Of a stretch of DNA of 64,000 nt, positions 37,057 through 46,011 are shown piece after piece. Under the pieces are notes generated by a model. It was not told the origin of the DNA. It searched no databases and was given only the letters and a program-made list of their open reading frames with translations. Positions within the stretch are counted from its first letter, which is position 1. Each line of letters opens with the position of its first letter. The DNA comes from Spirochaetia bacterium (GTDB lineage: Bacteria; Spirochaetota; Spirochaetia; CADAEX01), in NCBI GenBank assembly GCA_963668545.1, contig OY764868.1, positions 2,011,130-2,075,129 of the forward strand. The letters run 5' to 3'. A program made the translations under genes and the position numbers.

Positions 37057-38463
37057 ATGTCTCTTAACACAAAAGAAATTGACTTGATTATAAACGAACT
37101 TGACCTTGCCGGCAGCTATATCCAGAAAATAACTCAATCCGATTTTCAGTCCCTCTATTTTTCACTGTACAAACCCGGCAACAGATTCACTGTAAAAATA
37201 TCCCTGTCCCAGGGTAGAACAAGGATGTGCAGGACATCGTCAGGAGCAGGAAAAGGGTCAAAGCTTCAACGCTTTGAGCAGTTCCTACGTTCAAGGATAT
37301 TAAGCGGAAGAATTACTGAAGCTTCACAGCCGGGGAATGACAGGATTGTCAGACTTGTCATTTTGAAGGGGGGAGAAACAACAAACCTCTATATCAGGCT
37401 GTGGGGGGGAAACTCCAATATCATAGCAACTGATTCTGAAGGTATGATACTTGATGCTTTCTACAGAAGACCTGGTAAAAATGAACAGAGCGGCGGCATT
37501 TTCACTCTCCCGGTAAATGAAAAACACAATTCAGGAAAGTTCAGCATCAGGGAATATCCTGAATCTGAAGACTTTAATTCATTTATCGACAGATACTATA
37601 CAGATCTGGAAACCAGTGAAACAAGGGAAAGACTTAGAACAAAACTCCTCACAAGTCTGAATAAAAAAGCTGTCAGTCTTGAAGCAAAAATAAAGAGCAG
37701 GGAAAATAATTTCGAAAAATATGATTCAGCAGAATCTTTCAAACATTATGGAGAGCTTCTCCTGAGCTTTTCATATAAATGGAAAAAGGGTGAAAAATGG
37801 CTTGATGCTGAAAATTATTATGAAAACAACAGAACAACCCGAATAGAAGTGGACCCTGATATTTCAATTGAAAAAAATGCAGACAGGTATTTTACAAAAT
37901 ATAAAAAACTGAAAAAATCCAGAGAAAATTTTCTGGAAGAGCTTGAAAACCTCGAAAACAGATTAAACAGGATAAAAAAACAGATAACGGAAGCAGAAGA
38001 GGAAAACAGCATAAAAATCCTTTCAGACAGGCTCAGGGAAACAGAAACTGAAAAGAAATCCGGGGGGGAAAAACAGATTCCGGGACTTCAGTTTTATTCA
38101 GGAGGGTTCATTATTCTTGTCGGCAGAGGTGCAAAAGAGAATGATACACTTCTACGTCATCATGTAAAAGGCAATGATTACTGGCTGCATGCAAGGGATT
38201 ATCCCGGAGGATATATATTTATAAAAAATATCAAAGGTAAATCCATACCGCTTGAAACACTTCTTGATGCTGGTAATCTTGCTGTATTCTACAGCAAGGG
38301 TAAAAATTCCGGGAAAGGTGAGGTTTACTATACACAGGTAAAGTATCTGAGAAGAACCAAAAATGGGAAAACCGGCCTTGTTATTCCGACACAGGAGAAA
38401 AATCTTTCAATAACTGTTGATGATCAGCGGATTAAAAGGCTTTTTGACAAAGAAAATTCCTGA
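37057..38463 (+). CDS. NFACT-family protein (RqcH/FbpA-like, short form)
   Basis: The track ORF starts at TTG 37021. ATG 37057 has GGAG ~10 nt upstream. N-terminal NFACT-N-like region, central coiled coil (KKSRENFLEELENLENRLNRIKKQITEAEE), C-terminal NFACT-R/DUF814 motif (DYWLHARDYPGGYIFIK). Confidence 0.75.
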   Translation: MSLNTKEIDLIINELDLAGSYIQKITQSDFQSLYFSLYKPGNRFTVKISLSQGRTRMCRTSSGAGKGSKLQRFEQFLRSRILSGRITEASQPGNDRIVRLVILKGGETTNLYIRLWGGNSNIIATDSEGMILDAFYRRPGKNEQSGGIFTLPVNEKHNSGKFSIREYPESEDFNSFIDRYYTDLETSETRERLRTKLLTSLNKKAVSLEAKIKSRENNFEKYDSAESFKHYGELLLSFSYKWKKGEKWLDAENYYENNRTTRIEVDPDISIEKNADRYFTKYKKLKKSRENFLEELENLENRLNRIKKQITEAEEENSIKILSDRLRETETEKKSGGEKQIPGLQFYSGGFIILVGRGAKENDTLLRHHVKGNDYWLHARDYPGGYIFIKNIKGKSIPLETLLDAGNLAVFYSKGKNSGKGEVYYTQVKYLRRTKNGKTGLVIPTQEKNLSITVDDQRIKRLFDKENS

Positions 38464-38606
38464 TCTGCATCCTTTTCGAGCCGGAATGAAGGATATCATC
38501 AGACACCGGTAAAAAACCTGTAATTTGTTATATCTAATTATATTTCATAGTAAAAAGTTGCAGATAAATATTGAAAAAAGATATTTTATAAAGAATAATA
38601 AGTATC

Positions 38607-39470
38607 ATGGTTACAGATTATTCAAACATTTCCTATGAAAACTTTAAAGTACGCGGGCCGATAGTCGATGGAATTTTTTATCCTGATGATGATCTGCTGC
38701 TGCATAATAAAGTTGAACTTCTGATTGAAAATTCCAGGGTTCAACCAGGAAGATCTTCCGGGATTATATCACCTCATGCTGCATTCGCATTTTCCGGAGA
38801 ACTTGCAGCAGCATCATTTCAGTCTGCTGCTGAAAGGGAAGTAGATAAAGTTATAATTATTGCCCCTGTTCACAGAGACTACACTGAAAGGATTTTTCTT
38901 ACAGAATCAGATTTTTTCAGCATCCCCACTGCAAATATCAAGGTTGATACAGAAACTGTAAACAAATTACTTGAATACAATCCTCTCTTCCAGATAAATG
39001 ACATACCTCATCTTGAAGAGCACTGTATTGAAATCCAGCTTCCCTTTATAGCCCATCTTTTCCCTGAAGCTGAAATAATACCGATACTCATAGGAAACAA
39101 CTCATCAAAACTTGTTCTAACGCTTGTTGATGCCATTAAAAAGGTATTTAATGATAATTTTGAAAAAACATTAATTGTTGCATCCTCAAATATTGTTTCA
39201 TACCTTGAACAGGATACAGCTCACCAATACTGTGAATATCTTCTTGATATCATAAAAACAGGTAATCATGAAAAACTGATAGAAGAGGTTGACAGATGCA
39301 AATTAAAGTCCAAGGGGCTTTCAACAATTGCATCACTTCTCCTGCTTACAGGCAAGGATGCCGGTATAAATATTCTGAGAACCAGGGATTCAGCAAAAAC
39401 CGGCAAAGACAGCGGCAAGGTAGTCTGTTACGCGGCAATATCTGTAAATAAGGAAAACAGGGTAACATGA
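38607..39470 (+). CDS. AmmeMemoRadiSam system protein B (Memo-like)
   Basis: 287-aa ORF: GIISPHAAFAFSGELAAASF, IIIAPVH, EHCIEIQLPF. Confidence 0.8.
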   Translation: MVTDYSNISYENFKVRGPIVDGIFYPDDDLLLHNKVELLIENSRVQPGRSSGIISPHAAFAFSGELAAASFQSAAEREVDKVIIIAPVHRDYTERIFLTESDFFSIPTANIKVDTETVNKLLEYNPLFQINDIPHLEEHCIEIQLPFIAHLFPEAEIIPILIGNNSSKLVLTLVDAIKKVFNDNFEKTLIVASSNIVSYLEQDTAHQYCEYLLDIIKTGNHEKLIEEVDRCKLKSKGLSTIASLLLLTGKDAGINILRTRDSAKTGKDSGKVVCYAAISVNKENRVT

Positions 39471-40016
39471 ATGGAATTTACACTTTCAGATTATGAAAAA
39501 AAACTGCTCCTTCAGACAGCCAGGGAAACTATAACAGCTGTACTTCAAAAAAGGGAACCTGTTTATAAAGAGCCTACAGAGTTGCTCCAAAAGAACTGCG
39601 GTGCATTTGTAACTCTGCATAAAAAGGGGACTTTAAGAGGGTGTATAGGATATCTTTCAGGGATAAAACCCCTTTTTGAGACTATACAGGATATGGCAGT
39701 TTCAAGTGCTTTTAACGATCCAAGATTCCATCCGGTTGAGATTGAAGAATTGGGGGATCTTGTAATTGAAATATCTGTTCTATCTCCTATGAATAAAATA
39801 ACTGATATAAATGAAATTGAGCCGGGAAAGCACGGGCTTTTTCTTAAAAAAGGATTTTCATCCGGAACGCTTCTGCCACAGGTCGCACTTGAACAGGGCT
39901 GGGACAGGGAAACATTTGTCAGGTACACCTGTACCAAGGCAGGTCTGCCTGCAGATGCCTATATGGATAAATCTGCAGAACTTTTCACATATACAGCTGA
40001 AGTTTTCAGTGAATAG
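39471..40016 (+). CDS. AmmeMemoRadiSam system protein A (AMMECR1 domain)
   Basis: 181-aa ORF: GAFVTLHKKGTLRGCIGY, DPRFHPV, HGLFLKKGFSSGTLLPQV. Starts immediately after the Memo-like stop. Confidence 0.88.
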   Translation: MEFTLSDYEKKLLLQTARETITAVLQKREPVYKEPTELLQKNCGAFVTLHKKGTLRGCIGYLSGIKPLFETIQDMAVSSAFNDPRFHPVEIEELGDLVIEISVLSPMNKITDINEIEPGKHGLFLKKGFSSGTLLPQVALEQGWDRETFVRYTCTKAGLPADAYMDKSAELFTYTAEVFSE

Positions 40017-40019
40017 TGT

Positions 40020-40712
40020 TTACTGAACAGCAGCAGCAATTGACTTGAATGCTTTCCTGATTTCCCCTTCTGAAAAATGCTTTACTGCAAAAACAGTAAT
40101 AAATCCCGGGTCTATAAACTCAGTTTCTGTAAAATTCCTCAGGTATGTATATTTTTTATCGTTTATTAGAACTTCCTCACAGTACCATGAACCGTCAAAA
40201 ACTGAAAAGGAATTATCAATCGATTCATTGAGTGCCCACCTCATTTTAAAGCATTTTTCTGTTTTTTCATCGAAATGAACTTTCAGCGTATATTCAAATT
40301 CCTTACCTATACCCAGTGTTTCAAAATCAGTTTTCACCCTCTGATAAAATATTTCCTCAGGATAATCTGCCCTGTAGTAGACCTCTGATGAAGCCATTCT
40401 GGGAAAAACTTCTTCCGATGAATCAAGGTCTGCAAGAAGGTCTGCAACCTTATCAATTGAAGTTGAAATCAGCATATGGTAATCAGAAACAATTGAGAAC
40501 CTTTCCTCATTATCCCTGTTATATGTTTTACTGATTTTTACAGGCTTTTTCATAAGTTTCTGATAATCAGGATTTCCTGATATTCCGTAGCCGTTATAAT
40601 CTGTTTCATCCCCTGCCATGCTTTCCTTAAAATCTGAAAATGCAATTCCCGCAATAAGAACAAAAACAGTAACAAATATTTTTTTAATATTATTTTTGCT
40701 GTACACAGTCAA
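40020..40712 (-). CDS. Secreted hypothetical protein (possibly START/SRPBCC-like fold)
   Basis: 230-aa ORF with N-terminal signal/anchor (IFVTVFVLIAGIAFS). No motif recognised; the fold guess is weak. Confidence 0.5.
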   Translation of the reverse strand: MTVYSKNNIKKIFVTVFVLIAGIAFSDFKESMAGDETDYNGYGISGNPDYQKLMKKPVKISKTYNRDNEERFSIVSDYHMLISTSIDKVADLLADLDSSEEVFPRMASSEVYYRADYPEEIFYQRVKTDFETLGIGKEFEYTLKVHFDEKTEKCFKMRWALNESIDNSFSVFDGSWYCEEVLINDKKYTYLRNFTETEFIDPGFITVFAVKHFSEGEIRKAFKSIAAAVQ

Positions 40713-40756
40713 ACCGCCTCAATTTTATCGTAAAAAGACAAATCTACATTATATTT

Positions 40757-41725
40757 TCAGTATGTTGCATACCTTACAAGTCCCCCCACCCCTCCGAATA
40801 GAAGAACACCGCCTGACACCTTGAAAGCAAACTGCAGTTCTTCTGTGGAAGAAGGTGCATACTCACTCATGAAAAAGGATGTAAGCTCAAGTGCTGTTCC
40901 TGCAAAAATCAGGCTCATGCTTCCCCAGAATATCCTGTTCCTTTCATTGAATCTTTTTTCCTCTTTAAGCTTTTCAAGGTCCTTCATAGTTATGATAGTC
41001 AGAGGTTCGGATTTGAATTCATGAAGTCCCCAGTAAGCTGTGATCTCTTCTGATATTTTTTCACTTACAAGTTCTTTTTCGGGCTCCCTTGTTGAAAGAG
41101 AAACCATCTCCTCTGCAGATATTATAATTTTAACCGGTTCAACAATCTCCTGTATTTCAGCAATCTCTGAAGGCACTTCCTCCACTTCACCTGCAATTTC
41201 AAGGGCAATTTCCTTTTTCTTCTCAACTTCAACAGATCCCTCGAAGCAGTAGATTCGGGTAACAAGGTCTTCCTCTACACCAAGAGGATCTGCAACAATA
41301 TCATAACCGAAATCAGTTCCCCTGACTCCACATACAGCGCTCTTTCCGTCAATTTTGAACTGCTGTGTACCTGTCAGTTTCTGGACCTTGGCCCGTATTT
41401 TGCCGTATGAAAGAGCAAACGAACCTCCCCCTTTTTCCTCAAAATCATCGATCAGGAAATTCGAGTTTTCAGATACCTTGATAATATTATTGGAACTTGC
41501 AACCTGGATTTCAAGAAGAGTATTCTCCTCTGTAAAGACCATATCATCCTTTTTAAGCTCAAGACCGATTACATCCTCTTCATACAGGTCAAAATAGTAC
41601 TCATCGCTGCCGCTTACAACAGTAAACCCCTCACCTTCAGCATAAATAACTATACAGGCCGGCTGGCTCTGGGCATGAGAGAAAAACGGTATTAATATTA
41701 ATAAAAGTATAATTATCTTTTTCAT
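40757..41725 (-). CDS. FecR-domain protein with C-terminal membrane anchor
   Basis: The track ORF begins at TTG 41761. ATG 41725 gives a clean signal peptide MKKIIILLLILIPFFSHAQS. FecR-like beta region (CIVIYAEGEGFTVV..., GKIRAKVQKL..., VCGVRGTDFGY). Two C-terminal TM helices. Confidence 0.65.
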   Translation of the reverse strand: MKKIIILLLILIPFFSHAQSQPACIVIYAEGEGFTVVSGSDEYYFDLYEEDVIGLELKKDDMVFTEENTLLEIQVASSNNIIKVSENSNFLIDDFEEKGGGSFALSYGKIRAKVQKLTGTQQFKIDGKSAVCGVRGTDFGYDIVADPLGVEEDLVTRIYCFEGSVEVEKKKEIALEIAGEVEEVPSEIAEIQEIVEPVKIIISAEEMVSLSTREPEKELVSEKISEEITAYWGLHEFKSEPLTIITMKDLEKLKEEKRFNERNRIFWGSMSLIFAGTALELTSFFMSEYAPSSTEELQFAFKVSGGVLLFGGVGGLVRYATY

Positions 41726-41833
41726 ACAATAAATGGTAAATGAAAAACTGTTTTTTTTCAAAACCTTTTTTGAATTGTCAGTGATAATAAAAAATGCATC
41801 AGCTTCTTCTGCATCATATTATTATAAATAAAT

Positions 41834-42778
41834 TCATACAGAAAAGCTGTATTTTTTTAAAAACCTGTTTACATGATTAATAATTCTGGAAGAATTTTCA
41901 GGACTTTCCCAGAAAACATTATCAATTTTTTTAAAGAAAGTAATCTGGCGTTTCGCATATTTCCTTGAATCCTGTTTAATCATCTCCCTGACCTCTGCAA
42001 GACTGAAATCGCCGGTCCTTTCCATCAATGAGAATTCGCTGTATCCTATTCCCCCCATTCCGGGGTCATCTTCCGAATATCCCATTCTTTTCAGGTCTCT
42101 GTATTCTTCAACAAGGCCGCTTTCAAACATGAGGTCAACTCGACTGTTTATCCTGCCGTAAAGTTCTTCCCTGTCCCTTGCAAGACCGATAAGAAGAAAA
42201 TCATATTCACCCCTTGTCCTGTCAGGTACTGTAAATGATGAGAGCGGTTTTCCTGACGCGTGGTATACTTCAAGAGCCCTTGTAAGCCTGTAATGGTCAT
42301 TTTCCGCTATTCTTGCAAAGGAAACCGGGTCAACATATTCAAGTTCTTTTCTTAAAGATTCAGGACCTTCATTAACCAGCCTCACCTGAATTATCTGCCT
42401 GATATCAGGGGAACTCTGAGGCGATTCGGGGAGTCCGTAAATAAAGTTTTTAAGGAAAAATGCATTCCCCCCTGAAACAAGAGGTATTTTTCCCCGCTGA
42501 TAGATTTCCCGGCAGAGTATATCACCTTCCCTTACAAAATCACCTGCCCCGAATTCCTGATCCGGGGTAAGAAATCCGACAAGGTGATGTTTGATTTTTT
42601 CTCTTATTACTTTTTCTGGTGCAGCAGTACCTATCTCCATGTATTTATATACCTGGAGAGAATCAAGGTTTATTATTTCAGAAATATTTCTGAAATTCAG
42701 AAGAAAAGCTGTTTTCCCTACTGCAGTGGGGCCGAATATAACGACAACAGGTATTTTATTCTTCGATTCTGTATTCAA
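41834..42778 (-). CDS. miaA: tRNA dimethylallyltransferase
   Basis: 314-aa ORF: VVVIFGPTAVGKTA, DSLQVYKYMEIGTAAP, HHLVGF, LVSGGNAFF. Confidence 0.92.
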   Translation of the reverse strand: MNTESKNKIPVVVIFGPTAVGKTAFLLNFRNISEIINLDSLQVYKYMEIGTAAPEKVIREKIKHHLVGFLTPDQEFGAGDFVREGDILCREIYQRGKIPLVSGGNAFFLKNFIYGLPESPQSSPDIRQIIQVRLVNEGPESLRKELEYVDPVSFARIAENDHYRLTRALEVYHASGKPLSSFTVPDRTRGEYDFLLIGLARDREELYGRINSRVDLMFESGLVEEYRDLKRMGYSEDDPGMGGIGYSEFSLMERTGDFSLAEVREMIKQDSRKYAKRQITFFKKIDNVFWESPENSSRIINHVNRFLKKYSFSV

Positions 42779-42944
42779 TCTTATCAGTCAGGATCTGTTT
42801 GAGAGATGCTGAAACAACCTTTTCCTTACCGTCTTCAAGATCATCATCTCCTGTAACAGTTATCTGTGAAGCCCTTTTAATGGCAGCACATGTCATTTCA
42901 TAAACATTTTCTTCATTATCAACAAGTTTGTCGATTGGAATCAT
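42756..42944 (-). CDS. rpoZ: DNA-directed RNA polymerase subunit omega
   Basis: 62-aa ORF with the omega core pattern (NVYEMTCAAIKRASQI). Synteny with yicC and a nucleotide kinase upstream. Overlaps the miaA start by 23 nt. Confidence 0.7.
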   Translation of the reverse strand: MIPIDKLVDNEENVYEMTCAAIKRASQITVTGDDDLEDGKEKVVSASLKQILTDKIEYRIEE

Positions 42945-43058
42945 CAGCAGTTATCTCCTATTTTATTTGCAAGAAAAATCTCCATAAATCATTGACAGCT
43001 ATAGAGATAGAATTGAGTATATTTTATTATGAAAAAAAAGTAAAGATTTATACAATCT

Positions 43059-43589
43059 CTACTGTATAAGATTTCTTCTTCTGATCTCAGCTGCCGCTAG
43101 AATAATTTCTGCAACCGCATCAGGTCTGAAATTCTCAGTATTTATAAGAATATCAACATGTCTGAAATCATTATTATCTATGTTGTAGAGATTTTTATAT
43201 CTTTCAGTATCACGAGCATCCCTTGCAACTGTCTTGTCAAGTATTTCCTGATAATCACCACCTTCCCTTTTATGTATCCGTGAAGCCCTGACCTCTTCAC
43301 CGGCATCAAGAAATACCCTCAGGTCTGCATCGTCAATAAGCCATACCGCAAGCCTTGAACCCAGGACACACTCACCTTCTGAAGCCAGTTCCTTCTGCCT
43401 GTTGTCAAGGTAGATATCATACTTGCTGTCTTTTTCAGCCATACGGCAGAAATCATCGAAGTTAATTCCCTGTTCTTCAGCCATTGTATGGAATGTATAA
43501 TTTATAAGCCTGAAACCCAGTTTTTCAGCAACAATCTTACTTACAGTTGTGTTGCCGCAGCCGCTTTTTCCTGAAATTGCAATTTTCAT
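43059..43589 (-). CDS. cmk: Cytidylate kinase family protein, short archaeal-type
   Basis: 176-aa ORF. P-loop IAISGKSGCGNTTVSK. Layout matches the short archaeal-type CMP kinases (RQKELASEGECVLGSRLAVW, RASRIHKREG, RDARDTERYKNLYNID). Confidence 0.75.
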   Translation of the reverse strand: MKIAISGKSGCGNTTVSKIVAEKLGFRLINYTFHTMAEEQGINFDDFCRMAEKDSKYDIYLDNRQKELASEGECVLGSRLAVWLIDDADLRVFLDAGEEVRASRIHKREGGDYQEILDKTVARDARDTERYKNLYNIDNNDFRHVDILINTENFRPDAVAEIILAAAEIRRRNLIQ

Positions 43590-44459
43590 TTAAGCTATAT
43601 TCCTCACCTGTTCTCTTATATTTTCAAGTGCATCCCTTGCATCTACTATTGCCTGATTAATTTCAATTTTAATACTTTTTGATCCTATGGTATTTATTTC
43701 ACGGTTCATTTCCTGGCAGATAAAATCAAGTTTCTTTCCTACGAGAGATTCAGAGGATCTGAAAGTTTTTCGGAATCCCTCAATATGGCTTTTAAGTCTT
43801 ACAATCTCCTCATTAATGCTGAATCTCACAAGCATGACAGCTGTTTCAGTATATATCCTGTTTTCATCAATGCTGCTGCCGAGCAGGTCTGTAAATTTCT
43901 GCCTGAGGTTGTTTTTGATTTCATCTTCAAGCGTTTCAGCATTATTCTCAATCTTTTCAACAGTTTTTTCAATAACTGACAGCTTTGATTCAATATCTTC
44001 TGCAGTTTTTACAGCTTCCCTGTTTCTGTTTTCATCATACTGAATATAGGTTTTTTCAAGAATTTCAAAAATCATTTCCCTGAAATAGTCAAGGTCCCTG
44101 TTCTTGATTTTCTTGAATACCCCCTCCATCCTCATTATGTTGGAGAGTGAAACAGAAGAATCAAGACCTGCAATTTCTGAAAGCTCTTTCAGGGCATTTA
44201 TACTGGCTGATGCAACAGCCCTGTCTATAAGAATAGTTACATCCTCTTCTATCTCTTTAATCCTGATACTGAAATCAACCTTTCCCCTTTCAATCCTCTC
44301 CGCAAGATAATTCCGCAGCTCCGGTTCCAGCGGGGAAAGAAAAGAAGGCATATTCATATTAAGATCAAGATATCTGTTGTTGTAGGATTTAAGCTCTATA
44401 ACCAGCCCGATTTTTTCATTCTGGAATTCATTGTAGCCGTAGCCTGTCATGCTTTTCAT
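43590..44459 (-). CDS. yicC: YicC/YloC-family protein (stress-induced endoribonuclease family)
   Basis: 289-aa ORF starting MKSMTGYG, with the conserved C-terminal segment GKKLDFICQEMNREINTIGSKS. Confidence 0.88.
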   Translation of the reverse strand: MKSMTGYGYNEFQNEKIGLVIELKSYNNRYLDLNMNMPSFLSPLEPELRNYLAERIERGKVDFSIRIKEIEEDVTILIDRAVASASINALKELSEIAGLDSSVSLSNIMRMEGVFKKIKNRDLDYFREMIFEILEKTYIQYDENRNREAVKTAEDIESKLSVIEKTVEKIENNAETLEDEIKNNLRQKFTDLLGSSIDENRIYTETAVMLVRFSINEEIVRLKSHIEGFRKTFRSSESLVGKKLDFICQEMNREINTIGSKSIKIEINQAIVDARDALENIREQVRNIA

Positions 44460-44462
44460 GTT

Positions 44463-45920
44463 TCATTCTCCGTCAGAATAGCTTTCAAAGAGTTTCTTTC
44501 CAAGTATCCAGTTATCACCTGCTCCCATGGTAATAAAAACATCACCTTTTACAAGTTCTTTTTTCAGGTAATCAAATGCGGAAAGTGGTTCTTCATAATA
44601 ACAGACATTGTCATGAAAGTCACATACTCTCTCGAAAAATCTTCTGTCAAGATCTGTTTTCACCCCTTTTTCCCTGGCTGAGGAATATATCCTGTTTATT
44701 ATAACTATGTCAGCTGAAGAAAAGGAAGAAGCAAAATCATCAAGAAGTGCTTCTGTCCTTGAATATGTGTGGGACATGAAATCAACAATTATCCGTCTTC
44801 CGGGATAGAAGTTTCTGAAACCTTCGATTGTTGTTTTCAGGGCTGTGGGATGGTGGGCATAGTCATCCATGAAAAGTATCCCGTTCCGTTCCCCGATTAT
44901 CTCACTTCTTCTCCTGCTCCCTGAAAAAGAGTATATACCTTCGGCAATTCCCTCTTCGAGTTTAATGTCTTTTCCGGTTTGACCTGCAATATTCCTGTAG
45001 ATTGCAATAGCAGCTGCAGCAGAACCAGCACAGTTAAGCACAGTGTGTTTTCCGGGAATTCTGACCATTAACTCCTTTTCAAAGCCTGAAAGGGTAAAAC
45101 AGCTCACCCCCTCTTTCTGCTCAATTGATGTTATTCCGAAATCCCCTTCAGCAGAAAACCCGTAGGGAATAATATCAAGGTCATTTCTTTCCTTTTTAAT
45201 CCCTGCTGCAAGTTCTGAAGCGCCCCTGTCATCACTGCAGTAGATCAGAGTACCCTTTTCAGGAAGCCTGAGTGCATAATCGTGAAATGCGCTGAATATA
45301 TCTTCATAGTCCCTGAAATAATCAAGATGGTCAGGCTCGATTCCTGTAAGAAGAATCATGTCAGGATGAAAGGAAAGGAAATGGCGCTTGTATTCACAGG
45401 TCTCTGCCGCAAAAAATTCACTTCCGTTGATGAATGTTGATTTCCCTTCAAAATTGGAGACTGCGGAGCCTGCAAGTACAGAAACAGGAAGGTCAAGTGT
45501 TTTAAGTATTGTACCGAGTATTCCGGTTGTTGTTGTTTTCCCGTGAACTCCAGCTATTCCACAGGATCTTATGCCGGCTGAAAAAGCTCCCAGGGCTTCG
45601 GTATACTCCTTTAGCGGAAGGCCTTTTTTCACAGCTTCCATCAGTTCAGGATTGTTCCCGGCAGAATAAGCTGATGAGTGAATCACAAGATCAGCATCAG
45701 AAGGGACATTGCAGCTGTCAAAACCTTCGTTATATGGTATTGAAAGAGATTTCAGCACCTCGTCTGTATAGAATTTTTCCTCAGTATCGGAACCTGTCAC
45801 AGAAGCTCCCAGCTTATGAAACATCTCTGCAAGAGCTGCCATTCCGGTACCTTTGATACCTATAAAATATATCTTCTTCCCTTCGGGGGAAAATCCCGGT
45901 TCAGATTTTATCATGTTCAA
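44463..45920 (-). CDS. murC: UDP-N-acetylmuramate--L-alanine ligase (MurC; an Mpl-type ligase not excluded)
   Basis: 485-aa Mur-ligase ORF: IYFIGIKGTGMAALAE, GSD, GIAGVHGKTTTTG, DDYAHHP. Confidence 0.78.
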   Translation of the reverse strand: MNMIKSEPGFSPEGKKIYFIGIKGTGMAALAEMFHKLGASVTGSDTEEKFYTDEVLKSLSIPYNEGFDSCNVPSDADLVIHSSAYSAGNNPELMEAVKKGLPLKEYTEALGAFSAGIRSCGIAGVHGKTTTTGILGTILKTLDLPVSVLAGSAVSNFEGKSTFINGSEFFAAETCEYKRHFLSFHPDMILLTGIEPDHLDYFRDYEDIFSAFHDYALRLPEKGTLIYCSDDRGASELAAGIKKERNDLDIIPYGFSAEGDFGITSIEQKEGVSCFTLSGFEKELMVRIPGKHTVLNCAGSAAAAIAIYRNIAGQTGKDIKLEEGIAEGIYSFSGSRRRSEIIGERNGILFMDDYAHHPTALKTTIEGFRNFYPGRRIIVDFMSHTYSRTEALLDDFASSFSSADIVIINRIYSSAREKGVKTDLDRRFFERVCDFHDNVCYYEEPLSAFDYLKKELVKGDVFITMGAGDNWILGKKLFESYSDGE

Positions 45921-46011
45921 ATAATAGTGATTAGGAACTGTTTTTGCAATAGATTTCCGGATTTACTGTTTATAAGCAGCTGTAAGTCAGCACATTGATA
46001 AAGTTATAATG

